The notes: generated by a model not told the origin, from the sequence alone. 63,058 bases of DNA, filler included, from Rhabdomonas costata (GCA_019059605.1; 42 parts of 42 records of this genome joined end to end with filler, not necessarily neighbours in it); one strand, 5' to 3'; numbered from the whole stretch's first letter, positions 25,211-38,552 are shown. Made by a program: numbers and translations.

Positions 25211-26257
25211 ATTCGTTCGCTTCTTTGAAGACTCCGATGATGTGAATCCTGCGTTCAAAAAAAAAAGGAAATCAACCACCTAGCGTTGCTCGAAGCTTCA
25301 ACCATGAGAGCGCATGATACCTGACCACCACTCCATTTTTCGGTTGTGGGTAGTTTCTCCCATGCCTTCAACTCGAATCAGAGGGACAAAGGGGATCAAA
25401 AATTCAGCCTTAAAGTCTTTCGCTGGCCCTCTGAAAAGTTCGTCATAATGGCGTCACTTTGACAACCCCACNNNNNNNNNNNNNNNNNNNNNNNNNNNNN
25501 NNNNNNNNNNNNNNNTTAATTAATTAANNNNNNNNNNNNNNNNNNNNNNNNNNNNNNNNNNNNNNNNNNNNGTGGGGTTGGGGGGGGCAGGTGCGTGCGA
25601 CACCTGAAGGGCACGCGGAGAGACCCACAGATGGGGCTCACTTGCCATCCCAAAAGCCGCTTGTCGCTGTTGGAGGACAGATGACGGAACGGCATGAATG
25701 GATATTTTGACAAGCGAGAGGGACGATAGAGAGGCTCTATAATGATTCCTCACTCTGGTGTGCGCCGCAAGGATATGATTCAGTTTCGCGGACCCATTAG
25801 TGAAGAGTCAGTGCAACGCACACCCTGATCTAAAGGACATAAATGAGCTCGGCCTATCAACCCCACTGCTCGGATGCCACAGTAATTTCCGTCACCACCA
25901 TGTGCAGGCAGACCTGGCCAGAGGATCCGCTCGATTCAGTTCCATTCAGTTTACCCCCAAAACGATTTGATGTTCTCATTCACCTGCCGTCATTGGCACC
26001 TAGAAAAGTCCCCAGACCACTGAGAAAGGAATAAAACTGTGAGACCCGGGATGGCAAATAAGAACACCAACACCACACTATCGGCAAGGAGAGACGCAAC
26101 AGACGAAGAAGGGAAGGGGTGCGAGCCGGAGCTAAGCCGAACCCTATGGTCAGCATTCTCGTCCGGAATTTGCCACCACCAACACCTCCTTCGCATTGCA
26201 TTGACACCAAATTGTTTGAGAGGGAGAGCCCACATCCGCAGAGCAATCCACTGAGAG

Positions 26258-26377
26258 TTAGTTAGTGCTGGCCCGAGCCGCGGGCAGGTGCAGGCGGGAC
26301 AGCACGGACTTGCCCATCTCGAAGCAGCTCACCATGATGGCACACGAGGGCGCGATCTTCACCACGCGTGGCCGCAG
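26258..26377 (-). CDS. Mitochondrial carrier, SLC25A39/40 (Mtm1)-like, last exon
   Basis: LRPRVVKIAPSCAIMVSCFEMGKSVL...stop matches the PRxxKxAPxCAIMIS.YE.GK C-terminal helix. Confidence 0.82.
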   Translation of the reverse strand: MRPRVVKIAPSCAIMVSCFEMGKSVLSRLHLPAARASTN

Positions 26378-27526
26378 CTGTGTGCGTTCGTGGGGTGTGC
26401 ACGTGGATCCATTTCACCCTTACCCTCAAAAAGTTCCAACGCACCCTTCCTCGAGGGCTGACAAATGATTGGTGTTCTCAGCGTGCCCTGCTTTCCCCAA
26501 AGTGAGGACATTCGCCGGACGTGTGGTTGGATTAATTTCCAGTGACCAGGTTAAAGAGTATGGGAACTCGTGACGTGGTCGACTTATCCAGAACCCGTTG
26601 CCCACCCCCCTGTATCAAGCAATACTGTATAGAAAAGTGACCACAGCAAAGGAGGATAAGAAGAGCGGGTAAAAAACTCGCACTCTCAGGGGAGGGACAG
26701 GGCAAGGGCAAAAATGATGCGGATTCACAGCACTGGAACCCGCCCACCAAGAGGGAGCATACACACACTGGGACACCGCCCGCCCGACGTTAAGTGCCGC
26801 GCTGGGAGGGCGCTGCTGAGTAATACTAAGACGTCTTTCCAGGCCACACAACTGCCGCGTTCTCATTTCAAACCCACACACATGCAAGTCTCCACCCCTT
26901 CGCTACCCTATGCGTGTCCTATTCATCTTCCTACGCCAGCGGCACACCAGTTTCAAGCCAGCTGCATTTTTAGATNNNNNNNNNNNNNNNNNNNNNNNNN
27001 NNNNNNNNNNNNNNNNNNNTTAATTAATTAANNNNNNNNNNNNNNNNNNNNNNNNNNNNNNNNNNNNNNNNNNNNGGGGTTGTTTTTGCACGACTCATGG
27101 CCGCGCCTGCGGCAGCGGGTGCCATAGTTTGTGGTTCGGTTTTGGTGCCCAACTGGCCTTGTCAGGACAATGCAAAGGGTGGATTTTTCGCGTAACTGTA
27201 TCGACCATATGTCCGGTTTCACTTGGGTGAAAATCGAACTTGCAGCCACCTTTCCAAGTGAGCCGTCCGGGAACGCTTCTTCAGTGCAAGCCCCTGAACA
27301 CAAACAACAAAGGGAACAACAGGGTGGAAGAGGTAAAAATTTTCCATTGTTTGCAAAAAGTGTCTGCACAACCTATGACTCGGAAGGGGTGCTCGCTCGA
27401 TTGCGCAGTTGTTTGAGCAGTTGTTTTTCGGTCATTTTTGCTCCCCCCCCCCGCTTGGCCACTTCAGGTACTTTGGAGTGGTTGGGTGCACCTTCCACAC
27501 CGCCCTGCTGGAGTTCACGTGTTTAG

Positions 27527-28378
27527 GCTCACCAGGGAAGGGTCATCATGGGCACGGGCGCGGCAGCCACAGTCACGCAACTGCGAAGTATAACAACGGC
27601 AAGAGCCTGCCTTTTGACCAGTATGCACTGCGTCGCACAGCCTCACTCCTCATACGCGCAACGCGGACTCACTCATACGCCAAGTATCGGCACCACCATT
27701 GGGTTTCGCTCGTCGTCAGGAAAGCACATGAAAGGTGGCCTTCAGCCTTCCACAGACAAGCAGTCTGCGGTTGTATTCAGCTTGAGTAAGGCGAAAGAGC
27801 AACCATCACAGTAATCTCACATTGGGTTAGGTGCCCTCCCCGACATTGCTTGCCAACTGCTTCTGGTCCATCTCTCTGCCTTCTGTGTCTCAGTTACATT
27901 TTGGTGTGCTGGCTTTCCCTTTGAATGATGTTGGTTGGCCTCTCTCAATGACGCACTCCTACACCAAGTGCCCCTCCCTGTCCGCAAGCTTTTACCGTCC
28001 CCTTTTCAAACATTGACGATATACTTCTTTGTCATTCCGACCCCCCCCCCTTAGTTTTTGCAGTGGTTGTCGGGGCTCGAACCTAATACTAGCTTTCCAC
28101 ACGAGCACAGGCCCTGAAACCGCAAAAAGAAACTTCTTCAGTGAAACAGACCTGCCCAAGATGCAATGTAGCGACAAGTGCCGGCGTTTTTGGTCCCTTG
28201 CCCCTTCTGGGAAGGTACATACGGAAGTTCCTGAAGGCGGAGGCGGGACTGCACCAGGGCACATCCCTGGGGGCCTCTGTGCTGCTGTTCCGGGTCTTCG
28301 TGTCGTACCTGCTCAGCGTGTTCTTCACTGCCAGGGCGCTGTATCTGAGATACACCCCTAAGGGCAGCCAGGACACAG
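27527..28378 (+). CDS. Hypothetical protein, two exons
   Basis: Exon 27527-27620 (SPGKGHHGHGRGSHSHATAKYNNGKSLPFDQ) is phase-compatible with 28215-28378 (YIRKFLKAEAGLHQGTSLGASVLLFRVFVSYLLSVFFTARALYLRY). Confidence 0.55.
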
Positions 28379-28650
28379 GTTTTGTGGGGTTGGACGGAGG
28401 GGGGGGGGAAATTTCCCTCAATCCCTCAAGGCGTCTATGCGGTCAGAAAGCGAGGTGCGCAGGAGTTTGAATCGATGATNNNNNNNNNNNNNNNNNNNNN
28501 NNNNNNNNNNNNNNNNNNNNNNNTTAATTAATTAANNNNNNNNNNNNNNNNNNNNNNNNNNNNNNNNNNNNNNNNNNNNGTTGTGGTGTTGTGTAGAGCC
28601 TCCGCCACATGGACTCGCCTTGTTTGTGTGTTTGTGTGTGTGTGTCCCAG

Positions 28651-29982
28651 GCTAAGCTCGAGCTTCACAAAGAGATCGAGCGGGTCCGGGGAGACCTACA
28701 GGGACAGGTCACCCCCAGTCCGCTCATGCACTCCTTTTCCCTTTGAAATGGCTGTGAAAAGTCCCACTGCTGTTTGAGGCTTCGCGGGTGCACAACGCTA
28801 CGGTTATGGAGTTACGCAGGACCCTTCCATCGTTCGTCCAACATCCAGCGAGTGCCTCCTTGCTGCTTCAGGGTTTGTTTCTGATTATGGTCCTTTTTCA
28901 CCGTTTCTGACTTCCCATCTCATTTTCCTTCTTTTGCCATTACGTGACACCCCAGCGCTCCTGCATTGCAAACGCAGTGATTTGGTTGGGGGGGGGGGAT
29001 AGACCTGAGAACCTGATGTGCGTATGTGTGAATGCAGGGGGACAACAGCCGCAAAGCAGTGCTGAAGCAGCTTGAGGAAAAGCTGCAGCAGGAAGAGGTC
29101 AGCAGTCGCAACTATCAGCAGTTCTACGAGAAGGGAACCAAGCTCTTGGAGAATATTATGGTAATACCCAACACAAACATACACACAGCACCCCATCGGA
29201 AACTTTCCTTCTCCGGCCGCTTATCTTCAGTTGAGGTTTTTTCAGGTCAATTAGGACAAGAGCCCGAATCGCAGGCAGACGGTCACTGAAAGAAAGCTTC
29301 TTAGTCCTGTGGTCCAGGTATAGGGAAAGCTTCGCGTCATCTGGGAAGGGCATCTTTGTTTTTGGGGGGTGTCTTTGATGCTTTGTTGTGTGCAAAGTAA
29401 GCCTAATTGTGATATCGAGAAGAAGCGACGTGTTCTTTTCAGCAAAAACTTGGCCCGCTTCTGAACCATTTGTGCCCTCTCTCTTCCTCTCTCCGGGGGT
29501 GCGCACCAGGCTGGTGTAGACTCGCTATTCGCGAAAATGCAGTGTGAGGACCAGCTCATCACAGAGCAGCAGGGGGTGCCTGGGCTCTCGGAGAATACCC
29601 TGCTGCAGTACCTGGCCCTGATTGAAGTGAAGACGGACGAGCTCCTGAACCGCTGGAGGAAGAACTCCGACGGCGATAAAGGTGTCAACCCAAATGCGGT
29701 TTTTTAATCGGGGTGGCATATTGTGTGGCACCTTCAGCTCTGCACTCTCCAGTCCAGAGGACTGGTCTGTGCTCGCCCTGACCAAAGGGGGGGGCGCTAG
29801 CGTGCTACGTTGGCCGCGTTGTTTCCCTCTCAGCAGGTATCCCTGGCCCGGGGTTCCCGTTTGGCTCGACCCCGATCGGCATCGACATCCCCAGCACAGG
29901 CGATGAGTACAACGACGGCTACAGCGATGAGGACGAGAAAGTCCTGACCCGGGACGAGCTCCTTGCGAAGACAAACCACAAA
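28651..29982 (+). CDS. Outer dynein arm docking complex subunit DC2 (ODA1/CCDC63/CCDC114 family), four exons
   Basis: Exons 28651-28707, 29038-29160, 29510-29681 and 29837-end: GQGDNSRKAVLKQLEEKL...GVDSLFAKMQC...GLSENTLLQYLALIEVKTDELL...IDIPSTGDE...VLTRDEL. Confidence 0.85.
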
Positions 29983-30279
29983 ANNNNNNNNNNNNNNNNN
30001 NNNNNNNNNNNNNNNNNNNNNNNNNNNTTAATTAATTAANNNNNNNNNNNNNNNNNNNNNNNNNNNNNNNNNNNNNNNNNNNNTGTTGGTGTGTTTGGGG
30101 TGGGTGTGCTTTATGCTCTCTTTAAATGGGTTTGCGATCCAGCACCAACCTCAGGAGCCTTATTGAAAATATGGAGGTATGGGGACAAAACACAGGATTG
30201 ATGTGTGAGTGACGGGAACACATACATGCACCACATGCACGCAAGCAAGAAAGCACACGCCTCAAGTAACTTCCGTACA

Positions 30280-31198
30280 CTTGCAAGAACTGCCCCCACA
30301 GCGCGACGTTAAGCTGCCGCCGGCGGGAGGAAGTCTCCACCAGGCGCTCCAGCAGTGTCGTCAGCGTCCGTACGGAGGAATCCAAATCCTTGCCAGACGC
30401 AGACACCGACACACACACGGTGTGCAGGGAGAACAGTGGTACGGATACTGTCAGGCACCGACCGGTCTAACACGCGGTCACGACCAGGCGTTAGGCTGAG
30501 GCGACTCTGGCCCCACCCCAATCAGGACTTCTCCACATAAGTTGCCTGGAGATGACAGGAGTCTCGAGCAGTCCCGAGGCTTAAGACTTAATATGATGAC
30601 TGAGAAATATCTATATCACACACACTTCGCAAGGGCAACTTTTTCTGGTGAGGACTCGAGGCCCACTTCACTTCCTTTCCTTTCTCTTTGTGGGTACTCA
30701 AACTTACGCGCCTGGATCCTCAATCCCACTACTGGTTCGGAAATGCTTTCTTGGTGGACGGGTTTGGTTGTCTTTCTCACACACATACATACACACAATG
30801 AGCAGACAATGTCCATTCTTTCTGGGGTCAAAGATTAATGGAGTTGAACGCTTTGAGACTTGCAAAACGACTGGGTCAAGATTATTTTAGTGAAACGTTT
30901 TGCTTTCAACGTTGAACGGTGTCGTGTTACATTAACCCCCCCCCCCGCCAAAAAATGCAACAACCCCGATATAAGACGCGGGAGGAAGGGAGCAGTGGTT
31001 TGTCTGCTATTCCGGCACCCACGCCAAAGCGCATCCATATACCACTACTCCCGAGGGAAGGATCTCCCCCACGCTGGGCAAGGTCTCAACATAGTCGCCG
31101 CTGTGAATCCGGCACAGCAGCGGGTGGCTCAGGGCTTGAGCAATTGCCGCTTGTAGGCCATCAAGCGTGCCCTCAACCCCTTGCAGGACCTCAGGTCT
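30280..31198 (-). CDS. Hypothetical helical protein, two probable exons (approximate boundaries)
   Basis: Frames RPEVLQGVEGTLDGLQAAIAQALSHPLLCRIH (31198-~31043) and DLDSSVRTLTTLLERLVETSSRRRQLNVALWGQFLQ (~30388-30280) are flanked by AG and GT. Confidence 0.45.
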
Positions 31199-32569
31199 CT
31201 GCCGAAGAACCAGGGAAAGAAGCGGGAAGAAGAAAACGGTGCGCGGCGTTCTGAAAACCCCTGCTCTAACCCTGGCGACACGATGGCTACCATTGGTAAT
31301 CGCGCACATGGGAGGACACAGACATGGCCCGTGCCACTTCAAAAGTTAGAAGCAAAAGACCTAAAGCGATGGTCACCTGCACATCTCGAAAACATCAGTA
31401 AAATCCCACAAAATGCTCTCTGAACTCGAATCCCCAAGATGCGATTATTCTACCATGGTTTATAATGGGGAATTATAGTAAGTTCANNNNNNNNNNNNNN
31501 NNNNNNNNNNNNNNNNNNNNNNNNNNNNNNTTAATTAATTAANNNNNNNNNNNNNNNNNNNNNNNNNNNNNNNNNNNNNNNNNNNNGGGGGGGGGGGGGT
31601 CGTCCAGCTGTACCAGATCGCGATCCTGAGGGATTTGACGCGCCATCTCCTGGGATTCCGGAAGAGGGAGAGGGAGAAAATGTGCAACCAGTGAGGGAGA
31701 AAACGTGATAGCAGTCACCGCTCCTGTCTCGAAAAATGCGGAGCTGATCCAGTATTAAACCGCGTGCAAACAAAAAACCTCAGATCTTTTTCGGTTCAGC
31801 TAGAAGCTTGTCGCTGTTTCTGTCTCTGTCATTGTCTGTGAATGCTGCTTTCCTGAGCAGATGTTTCGCTGAAGATCTTTTTCACTTTTCTTTCTCTTTT
31901 CCGCGCGCCTTGGGAAAAAACGACCTTAGAAAAGGTTTAGGAGAAGCAGCCCTTCTTAGCGATGTCTTGCTGTGGCACTAATCCGTGTGGGTCGAGCACT
32001 GATAGGAACGTTGTGGTTGACAAGACTGAGCGGCTGGCGTCCGTTCAAAACTATTACGGGAAGGTCCTGCATTGTTTGAGTTTGGTCATGGGTCTTTGAT
32101 CTCGTGAACTTTGGCGTTGCCCTCTCCTGAAGTTGTGCCAATTGACAAAACTTTATCGGTATCGTACGTGCCCAACACCTGTCCAGAGAGACGGTGGTAG
32201 GCAGATTGTTGAAGCTAGCTTGTTGAAGCTTGTCTTTGAACCTCTGCACTCGGTAGAATGTCTGGTCCATCTTGGTCCATAAGGCCCATCTGCAGCGCAT
32301 ACACACACCCAGTACGAGTGTGGCCGTTTGTGGTCACTCGTTCCACCTTGCGGAGCGACACACACGGAGCGAACCACACCGACAACCGCTGAATTTTAGT
32401 TAGTTAATAATGTAACCGAATAGCGTAGGAAAATGCGGGTTGCTTGTTGTTTTAATGCACCATTCACTGAACTGTGGTTTCGCAGTGCGGTGCATTTCTT
32501 ACATTTCTTCTTAAAAAGAAGAATAACAATGAAATATATTGATATTGATAACTCGTGCTCTCTCCTCAG

Positions 32570-32720
32570 GTGTTGTCATCCTCCAAGGATCTGAAAACCA
32601 ACGCATGCACTGCTTCGGGGAGGCCCCCTCAGTACATCCTAGATGTTTTGGCGAAGGTTCCTGCGGAAGTGTTGGACAGGTTTTTCGGCTGCAGCAACCC
32701 CATTCCGACAGAAATCGAAG
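32570..32720 (+). CDS. AS3MT: Arsenite methyltransferase (AS3MT/ArsM), N-terminal exon
   Basis: VLSSSKDLKTNACTASGRPPQYILDVLAKVPAEVLDRFFGCSNPIPTEIEG has the DLKTxAC and (Y/F)GC cysteine motifs. CAG/GT boundaries. Confidence 0.88.
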
Positions 32721-35700
32721 GTACCTTTCGTCCTTCTGACCTTCGACCTTTCAAAAGCTTTTCCTCACACTTCGGCGGAGGGTCTTGAGCCTTGGATCTC
32801 GACAAACTGGTCGCCGGTCGTGGCGGTATTCTGCTGCATTTTATGCCCCCCAGTTGCTTGTGAGGGCGGGTCCACATTACTCTGCCTTTGCTTCTGCTGC
32901 AATTGCTGTTCAGTGATAATCAGCATCTGGTAACCTCTCTGAAAAGCAATTGCAGCAGAAGCAAAGGCAGAGTAATGTGGACCCCCCAACNNNNNNNNNN
33001 NNNNNNNNNNNNNNNNNNNNNNNNNNNNNNNNNNTTAATTAATTAANNNNNNNNNNNNNNNNNNNNNNNNNNNNNNNNNNNNNNNNNNNNCAATGTTCAA
33101 AATTGGGGGAAGTTCAAATCCTTCAGGTCCCCTTTTGATTCCATTGAGCCCTGCCTGTTGGAGGGCACTGCACCCTCCAGATGGCAAGCCGAAGAAATGC
33201 CCGTTGGAATGAGAGTGTCATTCGGAAAGGCAAAGACCATTTTACATGCGAAAAGAAAAAGAAAACGGGCGAGTCCCGATACAAACGTCATCACGTTAAA
33301 AGTCTGCTGGGCAAGGAAAGACAGCAGTGACCCTTCCGAAGATGGGCAACCAGAATTCCAGGAATTAGCACGGGTTGCTGTACAAAAGGGAGTGAATTAA
33401 TTTCGGTGCGGAGGCCAGTCCGCGGCCGAAGCGGGGGGGGGGGTCGAGTTTTAACTTTGCGCGATGCCCCGAAGGATGACCCCGCAAAGGAAGATTTGGA
33501 ACGCAGGGGGTGAACAAGGGCAGCAGGAAGCAAGAAATGGTACACAGAAAAAGGAAAAGTGGCAATAACTGAAAAGGTGAAAGCCAACTGTGTTGAAGTT
33601 GAAAGCAAACCCAGGAAGTAAAAAAGTCGTGACGGACCGGAGTGGTCGGAACACACGCGGTTAACACAAGCAACGCAGCAGTGCGTTGGCTTTACGCTTT
33701 TCCGTTTGTACGCCGGTGGAGACAGACAGTAGAAGCGGCTATCGACCTTCCGGCCGTGCGTCCCCTGCCGCTGCAGGCTCACTTCTCCAAGGACTGTGGA
33801 GCTTTCGCTGCCCGCCGTGGGCGGCAGAAGGACGGCCAGTGCCTCGCCTTGCGCTGCGACGCCCGTGTGCATTTGCGGTCTGGGGCCCTTCATGGGATTT
33901 CTCCGCCAGCTATTTCGGACGCATCCCTGACGCCACCCTGGCTTAGGACCTTCGGTGCACGCTGTCTGTGAGAGCCGGAACAGGCGCACTGCAGAGCCCA
34001 ACCGCAGCAGGTGTTCGCCAGCAAACTCCACGCCTTCTTTGGCGCCAGAGACCGATTACAAGGCTTTTCTCGGGGCATACCTTCTCGCATACGCCAGACC
34101 GCAGGGAAGGCCGAAGTTGGCTGAGAGCTGAAGCTCGTTGAACACCAAACAGGTCAACAACGTATTTGCAACCGGGGCCTTCTCTGAGCCCAACTGCTGG
34201 GTACAAAGCGGAAATACCACAATAAACGGACAGAATAGGGGGGGGGGTTGTCGTGAAACGAGTTGCTGAAGGTTTAGTGCGGGTTATTACGCCCGTGTTA
34301 TGTCCTCTCGGGCAAGAAAATTCCCTCACCGAAACAAATTAACTAAATTACCGCATGTGGGGCAAAAATGGAACTTTGGGCTGTTTGACATTCCACTGAA
34401 GTTTGGGTCACACTGGGTAGGATTCCGCTCCAATCGCAAGTTAAAACATGGATCTGACCCAGTTTTTGGTCGGTGCTCAAAGCCTTGGTATGATNNNNNN
34501 NNNNNNNNNNNNNNNNNNNNNNNNNNNNNNNNNNNNNNTTAATTAATTAANNNNNNNNNNNNNNNNNNNNNNNNNNNNNNNNNNNNNNNNNNNNGGTTGT
34601 GTGGTTTTGCTTAAGCATAGCGTCTAAGCACTGAAACGTCTTGAGGATTGCCGTTTTGGTTGTTCCAAAGCTTTTTGGTGCCGAAATTTAGCAGGGAGGT
34701 TTCTGTCATCTGAACCGCAAGTGTTTCAGCCGAAAATGTGATCATTGCCTTCCTGCTGTTGGGTTTCTCAGGTTTCTGTAATGTGAATTTCCAATGACCG
34801 CACTGTGTGGTGTGGATAACTGGTTTCCTGGTTTCCATTGCGGTGCATCATGTCCCCGTTTGCGGGCGTTTGCTTGTCCTCCCGCCCTTAACCGTGTCGC
34901 CAGATCAACAGAAGAATTTCCTCCCATCGCGGGTTTCATTATTCGATTCGCGTCCGCCGCTTTCCTCCTGCCCGCGCCTTATTGCGCGCAAAACATTCTA
35001 GCAGATAACTTGGTTTTTTGTCGCTTCTTCTTTTAATCTCCGTGTTGAAGAACCGTTGCCCTGTGAAACTGTGAGAAACAAAACACCGCCCCGGAGGAAC
35101 AGAGGAAGGGGTTGACCAAAACAAAGGTTCTACAACACCTTCCCACTACAAATTTGAGAAGGCACAAATTTCCCAAAGATAGCATAATGGGAAACATAAT
35201 GGGAAAAACAACGGGACGTTCTGCACCACAAGCGTTCCCAACCTTCCAACATTCTTCTTCTTCTTCTGTTGCTGCTGCTGCTGTCTTGTGCCGCTTTTGG
35301 GGATTCCTCGGCTTCAGGCTTCTTGGCTCTTCCACCCGAGGCCCCCTTCGTAACCGCGGCTTGCGGTGACGTCGGTGCCAAGAGGCGCGGTCCAGGCGCC
35401 CCGATGCCGCCAGCCGTGGCCCGACTCAAGGGGGGAAAATGCCCTTCCCAACGCAAGGCCGGGAATATTTGAGTACATCGAAAAAAAACAAAAGAGGCCT
35501 TTTTTTTGCGTTGAAGATAACATGGGCGTGTTTCGTTTGGACAGCGCGCGCCTTCAACGACGGGCGACTATATTTTCGGCCTACGACGTGCCGGGTTTTT
35601 GGGTATGTGCGTTTAGTTGTTTCGAGCCTTAATGGATAATCACCCTTGCCAATCGAAAAAAAGTGTGTGGGGGGGGGGAAGGACAGTGCAGACAGACGCT

Positions 35701-36392
35701 GCGCGCCAATGTCATCGCGCAGGCGCTGGCCGCTTATAAAACACCAAAAGGAACACCCGCAACTAGGTTGGGGATCGCCCCAAAAGCCACGCAACTCCAC
35801 GCACCACTCAGCCACAACCTTCCCCGTACACGCCTTTCACGTCTTGGCTCAATGGCGGCCTCCTCCTCTTCTGACCTCTCTCCTTGTGGGGCGGAAATCA
35901 ACAGAATCGCGTCATTCACTCGAAAACTAAGCGTTCCCATCCTTGGGGAAAGCGCGAAAGAGAGCAGGTTGAGTTGGGAATGCCGAAAACCACAACACNN
36001 NNNNNNNNNNNNNNNNNNNNNNNNNNNNNNNNNNNNNNNNNNTTAATTAATTAANNNNNNNNNNNNNNNNNNNNNNNNNNNNNNNNNNNNNNNNNNNNAA
36101 CCCTGCTTGGCAAGCGAAAGGGATAAGGAACCGTGGAATATCAAGGGGTTGAGGCCCGATGCCCCATCGAAGGTTGGGAGCCCATGGGGAAACTGGACCT
36201 CGAGTACTCCCGAGAAAAACCTTGCCAAGGGCACAAAGCGTTTGTGTGTGTCTCTCTCTCTGTAAAGTTTCGCCACTGAACGAGACTCCGGCCATTTATG
36301 CGTGCCGAGGCAACTTATGTCCCAATTCTGAGGCACCTGCTGGCCCCCATGTTCCACAGGGAAGTCCTGGTTTGGGTTGGGGCCAGAGTGGC

Positions 36393-37456
36393 CTTTTACC
36401 TCATGCCAAATCGAGACGAGCGTGTTCGACCGTCATATGGATTCGAGCCGATTTTTGTGCCTGACAGTATTTGTACCAGTAATAAACCTTCACACCAGAC
36501 TCTGTGTGTGTGTGTGTGTGTTGTCCGGACCCTGAGAAGCGGCCAGGCAGAATGAAAATATTTGAAAGCTTGCTGGAAGCAAAAAAAGACCTCCGGCACA
36601 ACAATGCCTTGCGACGTTGGACGAATCCCCTCTTCCAAAACCGATTGAGCCGTATGAACCGCAGTGAACTGAGGCTTTCATCCTCAAGCTATTCCTTTTG
36701 AAATGGCAGGGGACCACCCGTTTCGATAGGAGGGCAGCTTATGCACGCGGTACACGGCGTGGGTGTTCCCGGCGTTCGAGACGTATGACCCGCTGCGGCA
36801 CTTCTGGATGGGCTCGGAGATGGTCATGCACGACTTCAACGCTGCTTCCAGGGTTACCGCGATCTCCGACAACCCGGAGTTCCAGCACAAGCGGTGGGTG
36901 TACGAGAAGCAGAAGCGCTTTCCTCAGGTGGGCGGAACAGGGGTTGTTCGCTATTCAGCGGGTGTTGCGAAGGAGAAATGAAGAACAAGCATAATGTGAG
37001 GTGAGGTTCAGTGAGGTCAGGTGAATGGCGTGTTGTACGGTGATGACTTTTCAGAGTAACTCTTCAACCGCGTTTCTCTTCAACCGTGTGCGCTCGTGCA
37101 AGGGAAAAACAAGTTAGGGGACGTTCGGCACTGCCTCCATGTCAGGTTGTGGATCTTGCCTCGACTGCGGAAGCGAAGAAAGCCGTGCAGGAAGTCCTGG
37201 ACGCCTGGGGCAGGCAGGAGATGCCGGGGATGAAGCCAGTGGTGCAACTCCCGGGGATCCCGTACGAGGCGAGGTACGAACGGGGCAAGCTCTGGCTGCG
37301 GAGGCGCACGGAGGACGGAGCCCCTGGTGAGGAGGAAAGGTGAGTGTATTTGTGATGTGTCACCTTCAGTCTAACGCCTAATCCAGACCAGCGTGTTAGA
37401 CCGTGTTAGATATGGATTCGAGCCGACCTCGGTGCCTGACAATATCCGCACCAGTG
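36393..37456 (+). repeat. Two diverged copies of an ~90-bp intronic repeat (36393-36480 and 37364-37455)
   Basis: Shared blocks AGCGTGTT.GACCGT, ATATGGATTCGAGCCGA, GTGCCTGACA and ACCAGT occur in the same order. Confidence 0.8.
36730..37339 (+). CDS. Hypothetical protein, two exons (a probable upstream exon ends at 36369)
   Basis: Exons 36730-36927 and 37146-37339 join in phase 0 with strong GC3 bias (WVFPAFETYDPLRHFWMGSEMVMHDFN...VVDLASTAEAKKAVQEVLDAWG). Confidence 0.7.
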
Positions 37457-37940
37457 TTCTCCCTTCTTACCCAAATCAGTATGTAAGTAAGAAACCCCAC
37501 ACNNNNNNNNNNNNNNNNNNNNNNNNNNNNNNNNNNNNNNNNNNNNTTAATTAATTAANNNNNNNNNNNNNNNNNNNNNNNNNNNNNNNNNNNNNNNNNN
37601 NNGGGGTGGGGTGGAGAAGGACAAGGCCGACACGGAGTTGAGTGAAAACGCGGCAGGGAGGAGGAGGACGTAAGGCAGCAACGCAGCAGCACAGCGGATG
37701 GATAAAGCAGCAACAAGGCAGATTGACGCAATTGGGTGCAGATGCTGGGAGGATTGGATAAAGATTGGTGGTTTTGGTACATATGCTTTGATAAATGGGC
37801 TGCTCCAGCGGAGGAAAAGTCATCGCTTCGTGCGTGATTTTGGGAGATGGTAAAAGATAGCTCAGGAAAGACTTCCTACTGCAAAACACACAGGTTCGCG
37901 AGATTATCGTTTACCGCGGTGGTTGCTCCTTCGTCTCACC

Positions 37941-38053
37941 CGAAAAAACGGCTAAAGTACAAGGGACCAACGCCAGAATCGACAATCACGCCAACGAAAA
38001 AACGGCTAAAGTGGATAAGTATGCGGTGACGCCAGAATCGACAATCACGCCAA
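37941..38053 (+). repeat. Imperfect ~55-bp tandem duplication
   Basis: CGAAAAAACGGCTAAAGT-(variable)-ACGCCAGAATCGACAATCACGCCAA occurs twice. Confidence 0.85.
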
Positions 38054-38552
38054 TGTTGTTAAGGTTGATTTTTAGCACCTCTACCGGATCGACCGGTTCG
38101 GTGACGAACTATCCGACTCCTTTTACGCAGCCTCAGACTGCCATGAAACCATTCCGAAACCCAGAGGGGGAAACTTGAGCAGCAAAACCCCTAGCAAACC
38201 ATTCTGCTGAAGTGCTGAGTACTGAGTATTCCGCGTAAAATATAACAAGGAAGCGGCACACACAAAACAAGCCAACATGGACACACAAAAGGGCACCCAG
38301 CCACTCTGAAAAGTGTGCAGAGGGACGGAGGTGCTCCACCGGCGCTCACGTGCACCATGCAGGGGAGGGAAAGAAAAGCAAGGCAACCAACGGCAATCCA
38401 AAACCACGAAGCAAGGCAACGGGCGCCACTTTTGCTCTTGCCTCTGGGAAAAGTAAAGTGGCGCAGCAAAGTCCTCCCTTTCACATTCGGTATGGAAATG
38501 GAACATGACCGATATCCAATATGGTCACAACCGCCGATGAAGTGGCGGGGAT

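Noticed and set aside
33291-34031. 246-aa minus ORF and overlapping plus frames
   Set aside because: No recognisable motif and no consistent splice model. Coding status is unresolved.
37941-38053. Repeat-variable-repeat pattern resembling a mini CRISPR
   Set aside because: Only two units, variable parts of about 10-15 nt, no cas genes and a eukaryotic context. It is a simple tandem duplication.
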